The notes below the pieces were generated by a model. The model made no database searches and was not told where the DNA came from. It saw nothing but the letters and a program-made list of their open reading frames with translations. The position numbers and the translations under genes are program-made. Of a stretch of 64,000 bases of DNA, positions 30,367-41,865 are shown piece by piece; positions within the stretch are counted from its first letter, which is position 1, and every line of letters begins with the position of its first letter. This DNA comes from an uncultured Planctomycetota bacterium (GTDB lineage Bacteria; Planctomycetota; Planctomycetia; Isosphaerales; Isosphaeraceae): the NCBI GenBank assembly GCA_963823665.1, contig CAWGMQ010000004.1:704001-768000 (forward strand), given 5' to 3'.

Positions 30367-30409
30367 TCAATTCGCGGCGAGTGGGCCCGATCAATTCGCG
30401 CGAATTGAT
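30367..30409. promoter_or_regulatory. perfect 20-bp palindrome plus half-site, possible operator
   Basis: ATCAATTCGCGCGAATTGAT at 30390-30409 is self-complementary. TCAATTCGCG also occurs at 30367. Confidence 0.4.
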
Positions 30410-30508
30410 GGAAGCGCGAGCGTCTGGCGGCGTCTTGGGGTCTGGCGCTGGCCGGCTTGAGCCGAGGACCGCGAGGGGATCCAAGAAGCTTGACGCGCGA
30501 TTCCCCGC

Positions 30509-31336
30509 TCAGGTAGGCGTTTTACCTGGCGTGTCGCTTGCAGCCAGGAACTCAATCCCGTCCAAGACTTGCAACAGATCTGCGACACTCTCGATGACGC
30601 GATGCGCGCCGGCCCGTCGAAATTCCTCCGCGGCGGATTCCAGGCGGGCCGCCAGGTCGTCGCGATCGAGTCGCGCCAGCTCTTCCAGGGAGAGCCCAAA
30701 AGAGTTCCCGGTCCTCGTAATGGCGACGGTCCACGCGCCCGCGTTCAGGCCGGCCTCGATGCCGACGCGTGTATCATCGACGACGACGACTTCGGACATC
30801 GGGTAGACGTCGAGCCGCTCCGCAGCCCGGAAGAGCATCCAGGGGGCCGGACGGCCGCGGGGAACATCATCGGCGCAGATCATCACATCCGGCTCGTAGC
30901 CGCCCGCGCGGGCAAGGGGGGCGGCCACTTCCATGAGCGCCTGCGTATATCCCGTCGTGGCTCCGATCTTCATGCCTCGTTTTCTGCATTCCGCGACAAC
31001 TTTCGGAACGCCCGCGATCACATCCGCATGGCGCTCGAGCACGACGCTTTGGAGGGGCAGAAAATCGTCATACAGCCGGTCGACGTCCGCGGGGCCGGCG
31101 GGCCGGCCGTGTATGGCATGCCAGGCCGCGGCGACGCGCGGCAGCGAGAAAAGCTGCTCGAGGTGGTCGCGCTTGGCCGTGCCCATAGGGCCGCGCGCCT
31201 CGGCCGGGGAGAGTTCGACGCCGGCGCGGTGGAAGACTTCGAGGAAGACCTCGACAGGAGCCCGGCTGCCGTGGTCCACGGTGGTACCTGCCCAGTCAAA
31301 TAAGATCGCGCGAATCCTTGGCCGACCATCTCTCAT
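30509..31336 (-). CDS. phnX: phosphonoacetaldehyde hydrolase (phosphonatase)
   Basis: FDWAGTTVDHGSRAP, EARGPMGTAKRDH (Schiff-base Lys), TTGY, GRPAPWM, DDT.VGIEAGLNAG.W. Confidence 0.93.
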   Translation of the reverse strand: MRDGRPRIRAILFDWAGTTVDHGSRAPVEVFLEVFHRAGVELSPAEARGPMGTAKRDHLEQLFSLPRVAAAWHAIHGRPAGPADVDRLYDDFLPLQSVVLERHADVIAGVPKVVAECRKRGMKIGATTGYTQALMEVAAPLARAGGYEPDVMICADDVPRGRPAPWMLFRAAERLDVYPMSEVVVVDDTRVGIEAGLNAGAWTVAITRTGNSFGLSLEELARLDRDDLAARLESAAEEFRRAGAHRVIESVADLLQVLDGIEFLAASDTPGKTPT

Positions 31337-32493
31337 GGCAAGGTCTCCCAGAATCGCTCGGCAAGGCCAAACGACATCGTCATTCCCGCGCCGCCGGTTC
31401 CCGTTTGCACGTGGACTCCCGGCAGAGGCTCAGCTTCGAAGACCGGTCGCGCGCCATTTTTCGCGTAGACGCCGTGCCAGCGCTCCCCGATCTCCCAGTG
31501 CGGCAGACGGACGACGCGGCTGAGCTCTCGCAAGATCAGATTGTCGATCACCGCCTTGCCGAACGGATCGATGTCCGGGCCATACTCGTGCGAGTCGCCC
31601 AGGATCACTTCACCGGCATCATTCTGCGATGCCATCACATGGATGCCGAAGCAGTCGAGCTCGGGAGTCTCAACGGCGATGCGCTTTTTCAATGAGTCGA
31701 GACTCGACGTGACGGCGAAGTTGGCGTAGTGCCTCAATGTCAACCCGCTCGCCAGGTGCGGGCCGATCGAAAAGCCTTGTGGCTGCGGCACCGTCCTCTG
31801 CATCTGGAGCTTGCAGCGCGAGAGGCCGGAGTCACGAAATACTTCTGGAAAGAGCGTTTCGAAATCGGCGCCGCCGCATACGACCGTGCGATCGAAAGCC
31901 CACGTGCGGCCTGAAGCGCTGCGCACCCGGCCGGGCTCGACGTTCGTGATCGTCGTTCCAAACTCGAAGCGCACATCCAGGCGACAGGCAAGCCAGCCGG
32001 GCAACGTGCGCATCGCCGTGCGCGGGTTGATGGCAAGCTCCGTCGGGCTGAATAACCCGCCGAGCAAGCCGTCCGGATTCGCGGCGGCAGTGCTATGCAA
32101 AACCGCCTCGCGAGTGAGCAGCTCGACGGTGTAACCGAGCCCCGACGCGACGCTCGCGAACTCTTCGAGCACGACCCATTCATCCTGGCGGTGGGCGAGG
32201 TGGATCGAGCCGCACGGATTCACCCAGAGGCCTGCCTCGCGGGCCAGCTCCAGCCACGCCTGCCGGCTGCGCAGGGCGAGCGTGTGTGCTTCGCCAGCAG
32301 GCTGACCGATTGGCCAGACCATCCCGAAGTTGCGGATCGATGCACCGGAGGCGCCAGCGCCGCGTTCAAAGACAGTCACGCGGTGGCCACAGCGTGCCGC
32401 CGACCATGCATGGGCGAGCCCGACGATCCCGGCGCCCACGACGCCGACTTCTTCGATCGGGCGGGCTCCTCCAGCCGGCGACTGGTCGGTCAT
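31333..32493 (-). CDS. TIGR03364-type FAD-dependent oxidoreductase (phosphonate-associated)
   Basis: VVGAGIVGLAHA, GASIRNFGMVWPIGQP, CKLQM, GLTLRHY, GIHVM.SQ..GE.ILGDSHEY, GGAGMTMSFG. 4-bp overlaps with both neighbours. Confidence 0.9.
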   Translation of the reverse strand: MTDQSPAGGARPIEEVGVVGAGIVGLAHAWSAARCGHRVTVFERGAGASGASIRNFGMVWPIGQPAGEAHTLALRSRQAWLELAREAGLWVNPCGSIHLAHRQDEWVVLEEFASVASGLGYTVELLTREAVLHSTAAANPDGLLGGLFSPTELAINPRTAMRTLPGWLACRLDVRFEFGTTITNVEPGRVRSASGRTWAFDRTVVCGGADFETLFPEVFRDSGLSRCKLQMQRTVPQPQGFSIGPHLASGLTLRHYANFAVTSSLDSLKKRIAVETPELDCFGIHVMASQNDAGEVILGDSHEYGPDIDPFGKAVIDNLILRELSRVVRLPHWEIGERWHGVYAKNGARPVFEAEPLPGVHVQTGTGGAGMTMSFGLAERFWETLP

Positions 32494-33076
32494 TGCGCGC
32501 GCCGCGCGGCGCGGGCGGCAGTCGCCAGCGCTTCCTCAATGATGGGGATGTACTCATCGAGCCCGGCGACGGAAAGGGTTGGATCCTTGGCCGCGTCATC
32601 CCAGCGCCTCAGGGCAACGGCCCCATCGGCGTGAGCAGATTCCCGGAAGGTCTCGACCTCCTCGCCGTTCATCGGGCCGCCCTGCAGCGCCAGGCTTACG
32701 AGAGATGCAGGGCTGAGTTGCCGCCGATAGTCCGGCTCGACGGCGCAAAGGAACCTCTTGGCATCGACGTGCATGCGCACGGGCTCGATGACCTCGGCCC
32801 CGAACCAGCGCGCCAGCCAGCGGCCGGCCAGTTTCTCATGGAGGTCGTCCACGCCTTCGTCCGGGGCATGGTCCGGTAGATGGTGCAACAAGTGCCCGAT
32901 ATCGTGCAAGAGCGCGGCCGTGATGAGAGCGGCCGACGCGCCGCTCTGCGCGCGAAGTGGGCGGCTTGGAGCGCATGTTCGCGCTGAGAAACAGCCTCGC
33001 CCCCGTATGCCGAATCGCCGCGCTCGCCAAACAAAGTCCGGATCTGTTCAATCGCCAAAGCGCGGTCTGTCGCCAT
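32490..33076 (-). CDS. phnZ: HD-domain phosphonate dioxygenase (frameshift near 32950)
   Basis: YGGEAVSQREHALQAA, LLHDIGHLL, D.LHEKLA, PVRMHVDAKRFLC, LSPAS..SL.LQGGPM, LRRWDD.AK. Confidence 0.88.
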
Positions 33077-33198
33077 CCTCACATCCTCCACACGACCCTC
33101 ACACAAACTTTGCAACCTGGTCAAGCCGGCAGCACATGGCGACTGCCGCCTGGCTTGGGGATACTGGCGGTCAGCCCAGTGATTCGTGAGGGCTGCGA

Positions 33199-34564
33199 TG
33201 AGTGCACCACAAAAAGATTATCCCATGACGAACGCCGAGCGACAACTAGCCCCGGCCCGGCCCGAGCTTTCCGCACCGATGCTCGCGTTGTGGTCAGTTG
33301 TCGCCGCGTTTGGCACTTATTTCTGCATGTACGCGTTCCGAAAGCCGTTCACTGCTGCCGCGTTCTCCAGCATGACATCATGGGGAATCGCCGAGAAGAC
33401 CTTGCTCGTTACCGCACAGGTGCTCGGGTACACGGCATCGAAGTTCCTGGGCATCCGCGTGATCGCCGAGACGCCGCCGCAGCGCCGCGCGGGCATGATC
33501 GTGGCGCTGGTCGTCGCGGCGGAGGTGGCTCTGCTGCTGTTCGCACTCGCGCCGCAGCCGCTCCTTGCCCTCTGCATGTTCGCGAACGGCCTCTCGCTGG
33601 GGCTGGTCTTCGGCCTGGTGCTCGGGTTCCTGGAAGGCCGCCAGGTCACGGAAGCTCTGATGGCAGGCCTCTGCGCGAGCTTTATCCTGGCTGACGGGAT
33701 CATGAAATCGGTCGCTACCTGGCTGCTCGAGCAAGGTGTCACCGAGCGCTGGATGCCGGAGCTCGCGGGCCTCGTCTTCTTACCCCCGTTGCTCTTCTTC
33801 GTGTGGATGCTCACGCGGATTCCGCGGCCCGGCCGCCCAGACCTGGCGCTGCGGAGCGAGCGGCCCATGATGAGCCGCGCCGATCGAGCCGGGCTGGTGC
33901 GACGCCATGGCCCAGGCTTGTTCCTGATCGTCACGGCCTATTTCCTGGTGACGATCGCCCGGAGCATCCGCGCTGACTTCGCGCCGAGATCTGGCGCGGC
34001 CTGGGAGTTGAGGTGGTGCCCACGACCTTCGCGAATTCGGAAATCCTGGTTGCGATCATCGTCCTGGCCGCGAGCGGACTCAGCGTCTTGATCATCGACA
34101 ATCGGCGGGCGTTCTTCACGTCGCTCGCCATCTCGCTTTTCGGTGGCGTGCTCATGCTGGCCGCGCTCGCCGGTTGGTCGCGTTCGGTACTCGACGGCTT
34201 CACGTTCATGGTGCTCGTGGGCACAGGGCTTTACCTTCCCTATGTCGTCATCCAGACGACCGTCTTCGAGCGGCTGATCGCAATGACACGCGAGCGGGCG
34301 AACCTCGGGTTCTTGATGTACGTCGCCGATGCCTTCGGGTACCTGGGCTACGCCGGGCTGATGATCGCCAGCAGCGCCGTGCCGGCGGGGGGCGACTTCC
34401 TGCGGTTCTTCATGGTAACGTGCGGCGTGACCGCGGTGCTCACGTGCGCCAGCCTGGTGCTAAGCTGGGCTTACTTCGTGAGGCGAGGCGCGTCAGTCGA
34501 CTCGGTATTTTTCGAGCGTCTCACGGTTGAGCTCGATGCCGAGGCCGGGGGCATCACGGACTGA
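33199..34564 (+). CDS. DUF5690-like MFS transporter (frameshift near 33985)
   Basis: AAFGTYFCMYAFRKPF, QVLGY.ASKF.GI, FLEGR, VFERLIA, NLGFLMYVADAFGYLG, and many TM helices. Confidence 0.8.
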
Positions 34565-35665
34565 GATCAGGCCGTCGACAACCGGCAGGTCCTGAATCAA
34601 CAGCTCGCGACGCAGCGCAGACTCGGCAAGCTCTATGGGAAGGAACTCGATGTAGGGGCAGCAGTCGCACGCAGCCGCGAGATGCGCGCTCGCGGCGATT
34701 CCAATCCCGCTCTTCCAGCAGTGCGGAACGATCAGGCGTTTGCGCTCGGCGGCAATGCGGCAGACCCTCATCGCTTCGGTGAAACCGCCGACGCGGCCCA
34801 CGTCGGGCTGAAGCACGTCGAGCTGACCGCGGTCGGCGAGGTCGAGGAACTCGAAGCGCGTGTTCTGCCACTCACCGGCGGCAATGCGAATCGGCGAACG
34901 ATCATGAAGGTGTGCATAGCCGTCCAGATCATCAATGTCGATTGGCGTCTCGACGAAAAAGAGGTCAAATCGCGCGAGTCGCTGGAGGACGCCCAGCGCC
35001 CATAGCGCGTCAGGCCAGGCATATGCGACATCGACCATCAGCACAAGATCGGGCCCAACCGCGCGACGGCACTCCTTGACAAGCTCCACGACCGCATCGT
35101 CATTTTCGTCCAGCCCGTGATGACTGTAAGGTCCGTTCAAGCAGACCTCAAGCTTGGCGGCCCGATAGCCGAGAGCTTTTGCCACGATCGTTTTTTCGAC
35201 AAGCGACCGTGCGTAATCCTCGAGCGTTCTGCCCGTGGGTAATAGCGACGCGTACGGGGTGACGGCCTTCTTCTCGTCCGCGCCAGAGAGCAAGCGCCAT
35301 ACCGGTTGGCCCAAGGCTTTGCCTCTGATATCCCAAAGCGCCATATCGAGCGCGCCCAGCGCGCAGATGAGCGCACCGCGCCGGCCGGTCATCTTCGATC
35401 CCTCGTACAGTTTCTCCCAAAGAAGCTCTGGCTCCATCGGGTCTGCGCCGATCAACATCTCCTGCAATCCCAGTCCCATGCAGTGCGTGCCGCGCGCGCG
35501 GATGCACTCCCGCGCAATCCAAGGATTCGTGTCTGTCTCCCCGATGCCGACAATTCCTTCGTCGGTGTGCACCTCGACGACCAGGTCGTCTTGCGCCGAC
35601 GAACAAGCTGTAACGTCACAATCCGGGATGAGCAGCACGTGCAAATCGATATGGGTGATTTTCAT
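34493..35665 (-). CDS. mandelate racemase/muconate lactonizing enzyme family protein
   Basis: VEVHTDEGIVGIGE, GALDMALWDIRGKALG.PV..LL, LMVD, FVETP, IAAGE, DVLQPD..RVGG, VPHCW. Confidence 0.92.
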   Translation of the reverse strand: MKITHIDLHVLLIPDCDVTACSSAQDDLVVEVHTDEGIVGIGETDTNPWIARECIRARGTHCMGLGLQEMLIGADPMEPELLWEKLYEGSKMTGRRGALICALGALDMALWDIRGKALGQPVWRLLSGADEKKAVTPYASLLPTGRTLEDYARSLVEKTIVAKALGYRAAKLEVCLNGPYSHHGLDENDDAVVELVKECRRAVGPDLVLMVDVAYAWPDALWALGVLQRLARFDLFFVETPIDIDDLDGYAHLHDRSPIRIAAGEWQNTRFEFLDLADRGQLDVLQPDVGRVGGFTEAMRVCRIAAERKRLIVPHCWKSGIGIAASAHLAAACDCCPYIEFLPIELAESALRRELLIQDLPVVDGLISVRDAPGLGIELNRETLEKYRVD

Positions 35666-35787
35666 GGGGTTGGACGTTTCCAGTAGGAGTGGCGGCGCGT
35701 GTTTCAAGACGGCATAATAGCCTGCCAGAACGCAGAAATCATGCTTGGCTCATTCGGCTCCTCTCTTCGATTCCAAGGATGCTTACC

Positions 35788-36647
35788 ATGCGGCGACTTC
35801 GCACCTGGGCTGTTCTGGGCATCCTGATGGAGCTCGGCGGTGCACGCGGGCCGACGTTGCGGGCGAGCGAGCCGCCGGTGTACGAGGTTTATGCCGTGCG
35901 GTACGCCAGGCTGCTGGGCTATCCGGTCGCATCGCTCGTCCAGGGGGCCGATCCCGAGCGCAAGCTCGACCTCGCCATGACCGTCTGGGTGCTGAAGGGG
36001 CCCGGCAATCGAACGGTCCTGGTCGACACGGGGTTCTACCGGCCGGAGATCATGGAAGCGCAAAGATGTCGCCGATTACACCCGGCCGGACAAGGCACTC
36101 GAGCGGCTCGGGATCAGCGCGGAACACGTCACCGACGTCGTCATCACGCACATGCACTGGGACCACGCCGACGGCGTCGACCTGTTTCCGAAGGCGCAGG
36201 TCTGGATCCAGAAGAAGGAGTACGACCATTCCGCAGGTGCGGACCGGAAGAGCAGCCGCCAACGACGACGGCAGGCTCCCGGGTCATTACGAGGCGATGA
36301 TCAAACTCAAAGAGCAGGGGCGGGTTCAACTGGTCGACGGCGACGCCAATGAGATCGTTCCGGGCGTGACCGTCTACACCGGCGGCAAACACACGTTCGA
36401 GTCGCAGTACGTCGGCGTGAATACGAGGGCCGGCGTGATGGTGATCGCGTCGGACAACCTTTACCTGTACGAAAACCTCGACAAGCACGTGCCGATCGCC
36501 CAGACCCTCGACGCGAAGTCGAACCTGGCGGCGCAAGACAGGATGAAGCAGCTCGCGTCGAGCCTACGGCTGATCATTCCGGGCCACGACCCGGAGGTGT
36601 TTGATCGATTCCCGAAGCCGGGGAATGGTGTGGCGCGGTTGGACTGA
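35788..36647 (+). CDS. secreted N-acyl-homoserine-lactonase-like metallo-beta-lactamase (frameshifts near 36060 and 36240)
   Basis: VLVDTGF, ITHMHWDHADG (HxHxDH), GKHT..SQ, IASD, IIPGHD, spread over three frames. Confidence 0.8.
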
Positions 36648-37059
36648 CGTTAATGGCATCCTGGATCTCGGTCCACAGCCCCGGTGAGACGTCGGCCGGG
36701 CCGGATTCCGTCGCGGCGATCAGGCCCTCGGCAAATGTGCAGCCGCGGGCAATTGCAATCGCCGCGCCGGCGACCGCGGGAGAACGGCTGATGCCGGCGC
36801 TGCAGTGAACTAGCGTCGGCGTGCTCGAGCGCAGAAGAGATGCCACCGTTTCGACGACCGCCCGCAGAAGCCACTCGGGATTGCCAGTGCCGTCAACCAA
36901 GGGAAAACGGCAGTAAACCAGCTCGCGCGGCAGAGCCAGTGGCGGCTCGCTTTGAACCACACAGACGACAGCCGAGATGCCCGCGTCGAGCAGGTTGGTG
37001 GGATCGCGAACGTCGCCGGCATGGCCAATCCAGAGGGGATAACCCGTAACTTTTCGCAA
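36574..37059 (-). CDS. dual-specificity protein phosphatase family protein
   Basis: FPLVDG acid loop and VHCSAGISRS (CX5R) motif. Confidence 0.85.
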   Translation of the reverse strand: MRKVTGYPLWIGHAGDVRDPTNLLDAGISAVVCVVQSEPPLALPRELVYCRFPLVDGTGNPEWLLRAVVETVASLLRSSTPTLVHCSAGISRSPAVAGAAIAIARGCTFAEGLIAATESGPADVSPGLWTEIQDAINVSPTAPHHSPASGIDQTPPGRGPE

Positions 37060-37081
37060 CGGTCGGGTACTCCAAGGGCAC

Positions 37082-37132
37082 GTCAGGCTTTAGCCTGACC
37101 TACAAAAGACTTCAGGCTAAAGCCTGACCTAC
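37082..37132. repeat. two GTAG-type REP-like palindromes
   Basis: GTCAGGCTTTAGCCTGACCTAC and TCAGGCTAAAGCCTGACCTAC. On the minus strand each is GTAG followed by a hairpin. Confidence 0.8.
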
Positions 37133-38501
37133 AAGCGATTGGGCTCGGGATTGGTCAGCGGATTTCGGATATACCCCGAATCTCCGGGCGGCTCATAGTC
37201 GATCGTCGCCAGATCCGGCGTCTCGATCCGGCGGTGATCGCGGATCCGGCTTTCGAGCGCGACGTCCAGAATCCCACCCGTAAGCAAGGTTCGCTCGACG
37301 GGGTAGGGGGGCTTTCGTGTGCGGAAGAAGTCTTCGATGCGCAGTACCAGCGGGTCGAAGAAGCAGGCGCCGGGGGCGCGGGTAGATACATCAGTGTCGA
37401 GACGATCGTCTCGCCGCCTCCCGAATTGCTGATCCGGGCCGCAAAGGTCGTATCGTCCACGTGGCCGTTCAAGATCAAGACAGTCGCGCGCAGGCCGTCG
37501 ACGTACTCTACGATAAAGGCGACGGGGTGCCGGAACTTGGTTTGCTCGTCGCGCCCCGGGGCTTTTGGTGGCATGAAATCACGTGTATTTTGTTTGATGT
37601 CGCCGATGTTCCGAGTGTGGCTGCGGCCGAGGGCGGCTTCGAGCAGATTCCAGGACCAGACTCCCTGATCACCGGCTTTCCATACAGCATCGCCCTCCAG
37701 GCAAGTGACAGTGGCAACGCCCTGTGGTTTGCCGTTTCGCCTGCGTCGCTCAACCATACACTGCACCGTCTCGAGCGCATGGAAACCGTAAATCTCGAGG
37801 TCGCCGCGCGATGCCACCAGAACGTCCTTGAAGTCTCGCTCGAGTGGGATCTCGAGCGCAGGGAACCGCCAGGTCACGGGCAAGCTCGAGCCGGCCATCA
37901 GCGGAATGTGCAGGGCTTTGGCCTGCGCGACCATCTCGCTCGCTTCAGCCCGGCTGTATGACAGGTGCTTGTCGATGAACACCGGTACGGCCGAGCCCGA
38001 CGCGCGGATCACTTCGAGCACTTCCCGAAAGAACCTGCCGCGGGGATAGAGTTTTTGCAACTTCTCGTTGAAGGGATAGTCGCCATGCTCGGCGATCAGC
38101 AGAACGCCGTCGACCGCAAGTTTGCCGGTGCCCAGGGTAAGGGCGTCGGCGATGGTGGGACTCAGCCTGACGTGTTTCTCTGCGGCGTGAGCACGGCCCA
38201 GATCGGTCGCCGGCGAAACCTGCTCGATAAACAGGCTGGCGATATCAAAGGGAGGCTTGTGCAGGCCATGTCCGTCATGAACGACGAAACCGTCAAGGAA
38301 CCGACCGACGATGTGATAGGCGTGCGAAAGGTAGTAATAGGTGCTCGCGAGCGCCGCGATCTTGGGGCGCGGGGGAGACAGAGCGGTTCGGATCGCGCTT
38401 ACTTCCGTCCTGCGACGAGCTGCAGCAACCGGAACGCCGGCCATTCCGGCCGCGGTGCCGGACAATTCGAGGAAACGACGTCGAGTGGGACGGGAAGTCA
38501 T
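37129..38501 (-). CDS. Tat-exported conserved protein (frameshift near 37375)
   Basis: TRRRFL twin-arginine signal, VDGVLLIAEHGDYP, PVFIDKHLS, MAGSSLP, YGFHALE. The shifted frame continues PYPVERTLLTGG and stops inside the REP. Confidence 0.75.
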
Positions 38502-38640
38502 GGCGCTGGTCCTTCGAAACTCTGGGCGACATCCTGGTTAGCGGAACGCCGACGAATACCGCATTTTGACGGGCGCGTGGGTAATATAGAAGTGGTCTCA
38601 AGCAATCGACGCCACCGGAATCCCAGCCGCGGGGGAGCCC

Positions 38641-39432
38641 ATGCCTGTTCATGACTGGACACTCGTCGACGCTGGCATCTTCCATCATTTCCACCAGCGA
38701 TGGATATCCGCGCTGACGGACATCCTCAACGAGCGCCTGCTCCCGGACGAGTATTATGCATTGGCGGAGCAGCAAAGCGGCCGGTTCGAGACCGATGTCC
38801 TGACGCTAAAGTCGGGTGATGGGCCCGACGCCTGCAGCGAACCGGAGCACTCCGATTGGGGAGACGCCGCACTCAAAAATGGCGGCAGCGGATCACAGCG
38901 TAAAAGTGTCGTGCTCGCGGAGCCGCCCGTTCGTCTCACCGCGACCAGCGACCTCGAATTCTACCGCCGCAAGCAGAATGTCGTGGCAATCCGGCATGTC
39001 TCGGGCGACCGTCTCATCGCGATGATCGAGATCATTTCGAAGGGCAACAAATCCGGACGAATGGCTTTCGACGACCTCGTGCGTAAAGCCGCGGACCTTT
39101 TGTTTCATCAAGTCCATCTGCTGATCGTCGCCTTGCAGCCGCCGACGCGTCGTGATCCAGACGGCGTCCACGGTGCGATCTGGGACGAGGTGGCCGGGGA
39201 GCCATACACGCGTCCGCCGGAAAAGCCGCTCACCCTCGCGGCTTACGAAGCGGGAACGAGCGTGCGAGCCTTCATCGAGCCGGTTCGCGTCGGAGACACC
39301 CTCTGTGATATGCCGCTCTTTCTCGAACCTGGGCGGTTCGTCGCCGTGCCGCTGGAAGAGACATACCAGGCGGCATTCGCCCGCGTACCGAGACGTTGGC
39401 AGATCGTGCTTGGACCGCAAGGTGGGGAGTAG
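38641..39432 (+). CDS. DUF4058 family (Uma2-like nuclease fold) protein
   Basis: MPVHDWT.VDAGIFHHFHQ.WI, IEIIS.GNK, KPLTLAAY, VGD.L.DMPLFL, VPLEETY. Confidence 0.85.
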   Translation: MPVHDWTLVDAGIFHHFHQRWISALTDILNERLLPDEYYALAEQQSGRFETDVLTLKSGDGPDACSEPEHSDWGDAALKNGGSGSQRKSVVLAEPPVRLTATSDLEFYRRKQNVVAIRHVSGDRLIAMIEIISKGNKSGRMAFDDLVRKAADLLFHQVHLLIVALQPPTRRDPDGVHGAIWDEVAGEPYTRPPEKPLTLAAYEAGTSVRAFIEPVRVGDTLCDMPLFLEPGRFVAVPLEETYQAAFARVPRRWQIVLGPQGGE

Positions 39433-39453
39433 ATGTCGCGGGCTCTCTCCCTT

Positions 39454-41865
39454 TCAGGGTGAGTGGGTTTTCGAAGCCTTCTCGGACTCTGCCACCATGG
39501 TTTCAACCTCGCGCAACAAATCCTTGTATCTGGAATTCTCGGAATTTGATTGCACGAGTTTTTGATACATCGTTCGCGCCTCCATGAAAGCCTCGTGCGC
39601 CTCGCGGTGCTGGCCCAGCTTTGTCAGCGTGTAGCCAAGCAGCTCACAAGAGTTAGCGAGATTCTCCTGACAAGTCGTGGAGTTCGGCTCCTTGATCAGG
39701 ACTTGATGAAGGAGAGCCCGACTCTCCTGGAAGAGAGCCCGAGCATCCTGGGGCTGTCCGCCTTCGTGCTGGTCGCGCCCCAAGGCGTAGTAAGTCCGCG
39801 CCAGGTGGCGCCGAAATACGAGATTGCCCGGCAGCGCCTCGGCAAGCTGTTTCCGGAGTTCGAGTGCCTGTTCCAGGAGCGCTCGCCTTTCCTGCCCAGT
39901 CTTCGCCAAGAAAGAGAGATTGTGATAGGTGAGTGCCAGGTCGCTCTTGAACCCGACCTCGGCCGGATCTTGCCGGACCAAGTCCTTCTGAATCTCAAGC
40001 GCCCGCAGCTAGGCTCGACGGGCCTCGGTCTGGTCGTTCGCGATCGAGCAAAGGTTCGCGAAATTGCCGAACGCGGCGGCCAGATCACGCTTGAGCTCGA
40101 CGTTTTGGGGCTCGCTCTTGACGATCTTCTCGAGGATGCCAAATCCGCGCTCATAGTCTCGCCGCGCGGACACGAAGTCGCCTTGAGCGCTCTCCACCAT
40201 CGCCATGCAGTTGAGACAGCGATGCAAACGCAATTGGACCCGGCGGTCATCGGCCTGGTCAGCGGGCAGGCGCTCGAAGTGTTCAAGCGCTCGCCGGAGG
40301 ACGGCCAGCGCGTCGACCTTGTTTCCCTGGTCTTTGGTGAGGTTCCCGAGCCGCAAGCAGGTCTCGGCGAGCTCGAGGCGCAGCGCCGGGTCATTGCGAT
40401 GCTGGTCGAGGAAATCCCTGTAGTACTGAATCATCTCGCCGAGCACCTCGCGGCGGACCTTCTCGAGCCCAGGGACGGCGAGAACGCCTTGCTCGTAGAA
40501 TCGCGTATAGAACTGGTCGACGGCCCGGCGGCTGCGTTCGAAGTTGACCTGAGATTCCTTGAGATTGCGCTCGGCGCGCCGCCATTGCCAAAGGACGCCG
40601 AGAAAACCGGCCGTGAAGACCAGGAACAGGGCCGCAGCGAGCCCGGCGACTCGCGGGCTGCGGCGGGCCCAGCGATAAGCTCGTTCGAGAAGGCCCACGG
40701 GCCGGGCCTGGATCGGCTCGCCTTTCAGCCAGTGCCTCAAGTCGCCGGCGAGGGCAGCCGCGGAGGGATAGCGGCGGGCCGGCTCCTTGGCCATCGCCTT
40801 TAGACAGATCGTCTCGAGGTCGCGGGGCACCCGGTCGCACAGCCGTCGCGGCGGCAACGGTTCTTCCTCGATCACCTGACGGAGGACCAGGTGCGGAGCG
40901 CCGCGAAAAGGAATCTCACTGGTCAGGGCCTGATACAAGGTCGCGCCCAGGCCGTAGACGTCGGTGCGGGCGTCGAGGATTGAATCTCCGCGCGCCTGCT
41001 CGGGGCTCATGTAGGTCGGTGTCCCGGCCAGGAAGCCTTCACGAGTCAGACTGCTCGGTCCGGCCTCGGTGCGCGCCAGGCCGAAGTCGGTGATCTTCGC
41101 CCGGCCGGTCGCCTTCTCGATCAGGATGTTGCTCGGCTTGACGTCGCGATGGACCAGTCCCGTAGCGTGGGCCGCGTCGAGCGCATCGGCGACCTCGGCC
41201 GTCCAGGTGGCGATCGCCTTGGGCTGGGGACGCTCCGGCGAATCGATCAACTGCGCGAGGTTAGGGCCCAGGACAAATTCCATCACCAGGTACGCGAGAC
41301 CATGATCCGGACAGGCGACCGCGTGGACCATGACCGCGTGGTCGTGCCGGAACTGGGCGGTGATCTGCGCTTCTCGAATCAGCCGGTGCCGGTCGGTCTC
41401 ATGGGATTGCTCGGGCCTGAGCATCTTGAGTGCGACCAGCCTGCGCAGGGATTCATCCCAGGCGCGATAGACGATTCCCATGCCGCCGCGGCCCAGCTCG
41501 TTCAAGAGCCGATAGTGGGCGATGGTTCCCAGTTCAGCCGTGGGTCGGGAAAGCGCCTCCGCACGCATGGAAGGGCCATTTGCCGCGGTCGTCGGCACCG
41601 ACGCGGGACCATCTTGATCCGGAATCGTCATGATCGACTGAAGCCTTTCGATCAGTCGGTCGAGAAACCGTGGGTCGATCGCGGCGCGTCTGTCTTGCTG
41701 GGGCGACCGGCGCCAGGCGAGCAGGCTGGCTTCATCGGTCTGGCCGTCGAGGATCGTCTGGCAATGAACGCAATGACGAACATGGGCGCGGATGTCGTCG
41801 GCCCGTGCCTGCGGCAGCTCTCCGGCTACCCAGCTCCAGAGTGTCTCGACAGGCTCGCATGTCAC
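39454..41865 (-). CDS. ZAS - Ser/Thr kinase - TM - TPR protein, copy 1 (in-frame TAG at 40009-40011)
   Basis: HVRHCVHC zinc motif; LGRGGMGIV, VALK, HRDVKPSN, DFGLA, GTPTYMSPE; TM VAGLAAALFLVFTAGFLGVLW; TPR-like helices continue in frame after the TAG to 39454. Confidence 0.9.

Noticed and set aside
33079..33114. Pho-box-like (T/C)CACA repeats between phnZ and the transporter
   Set aside because: Spacing is irregular (9, 11, 11 bp) and the matches are too short to support a call.
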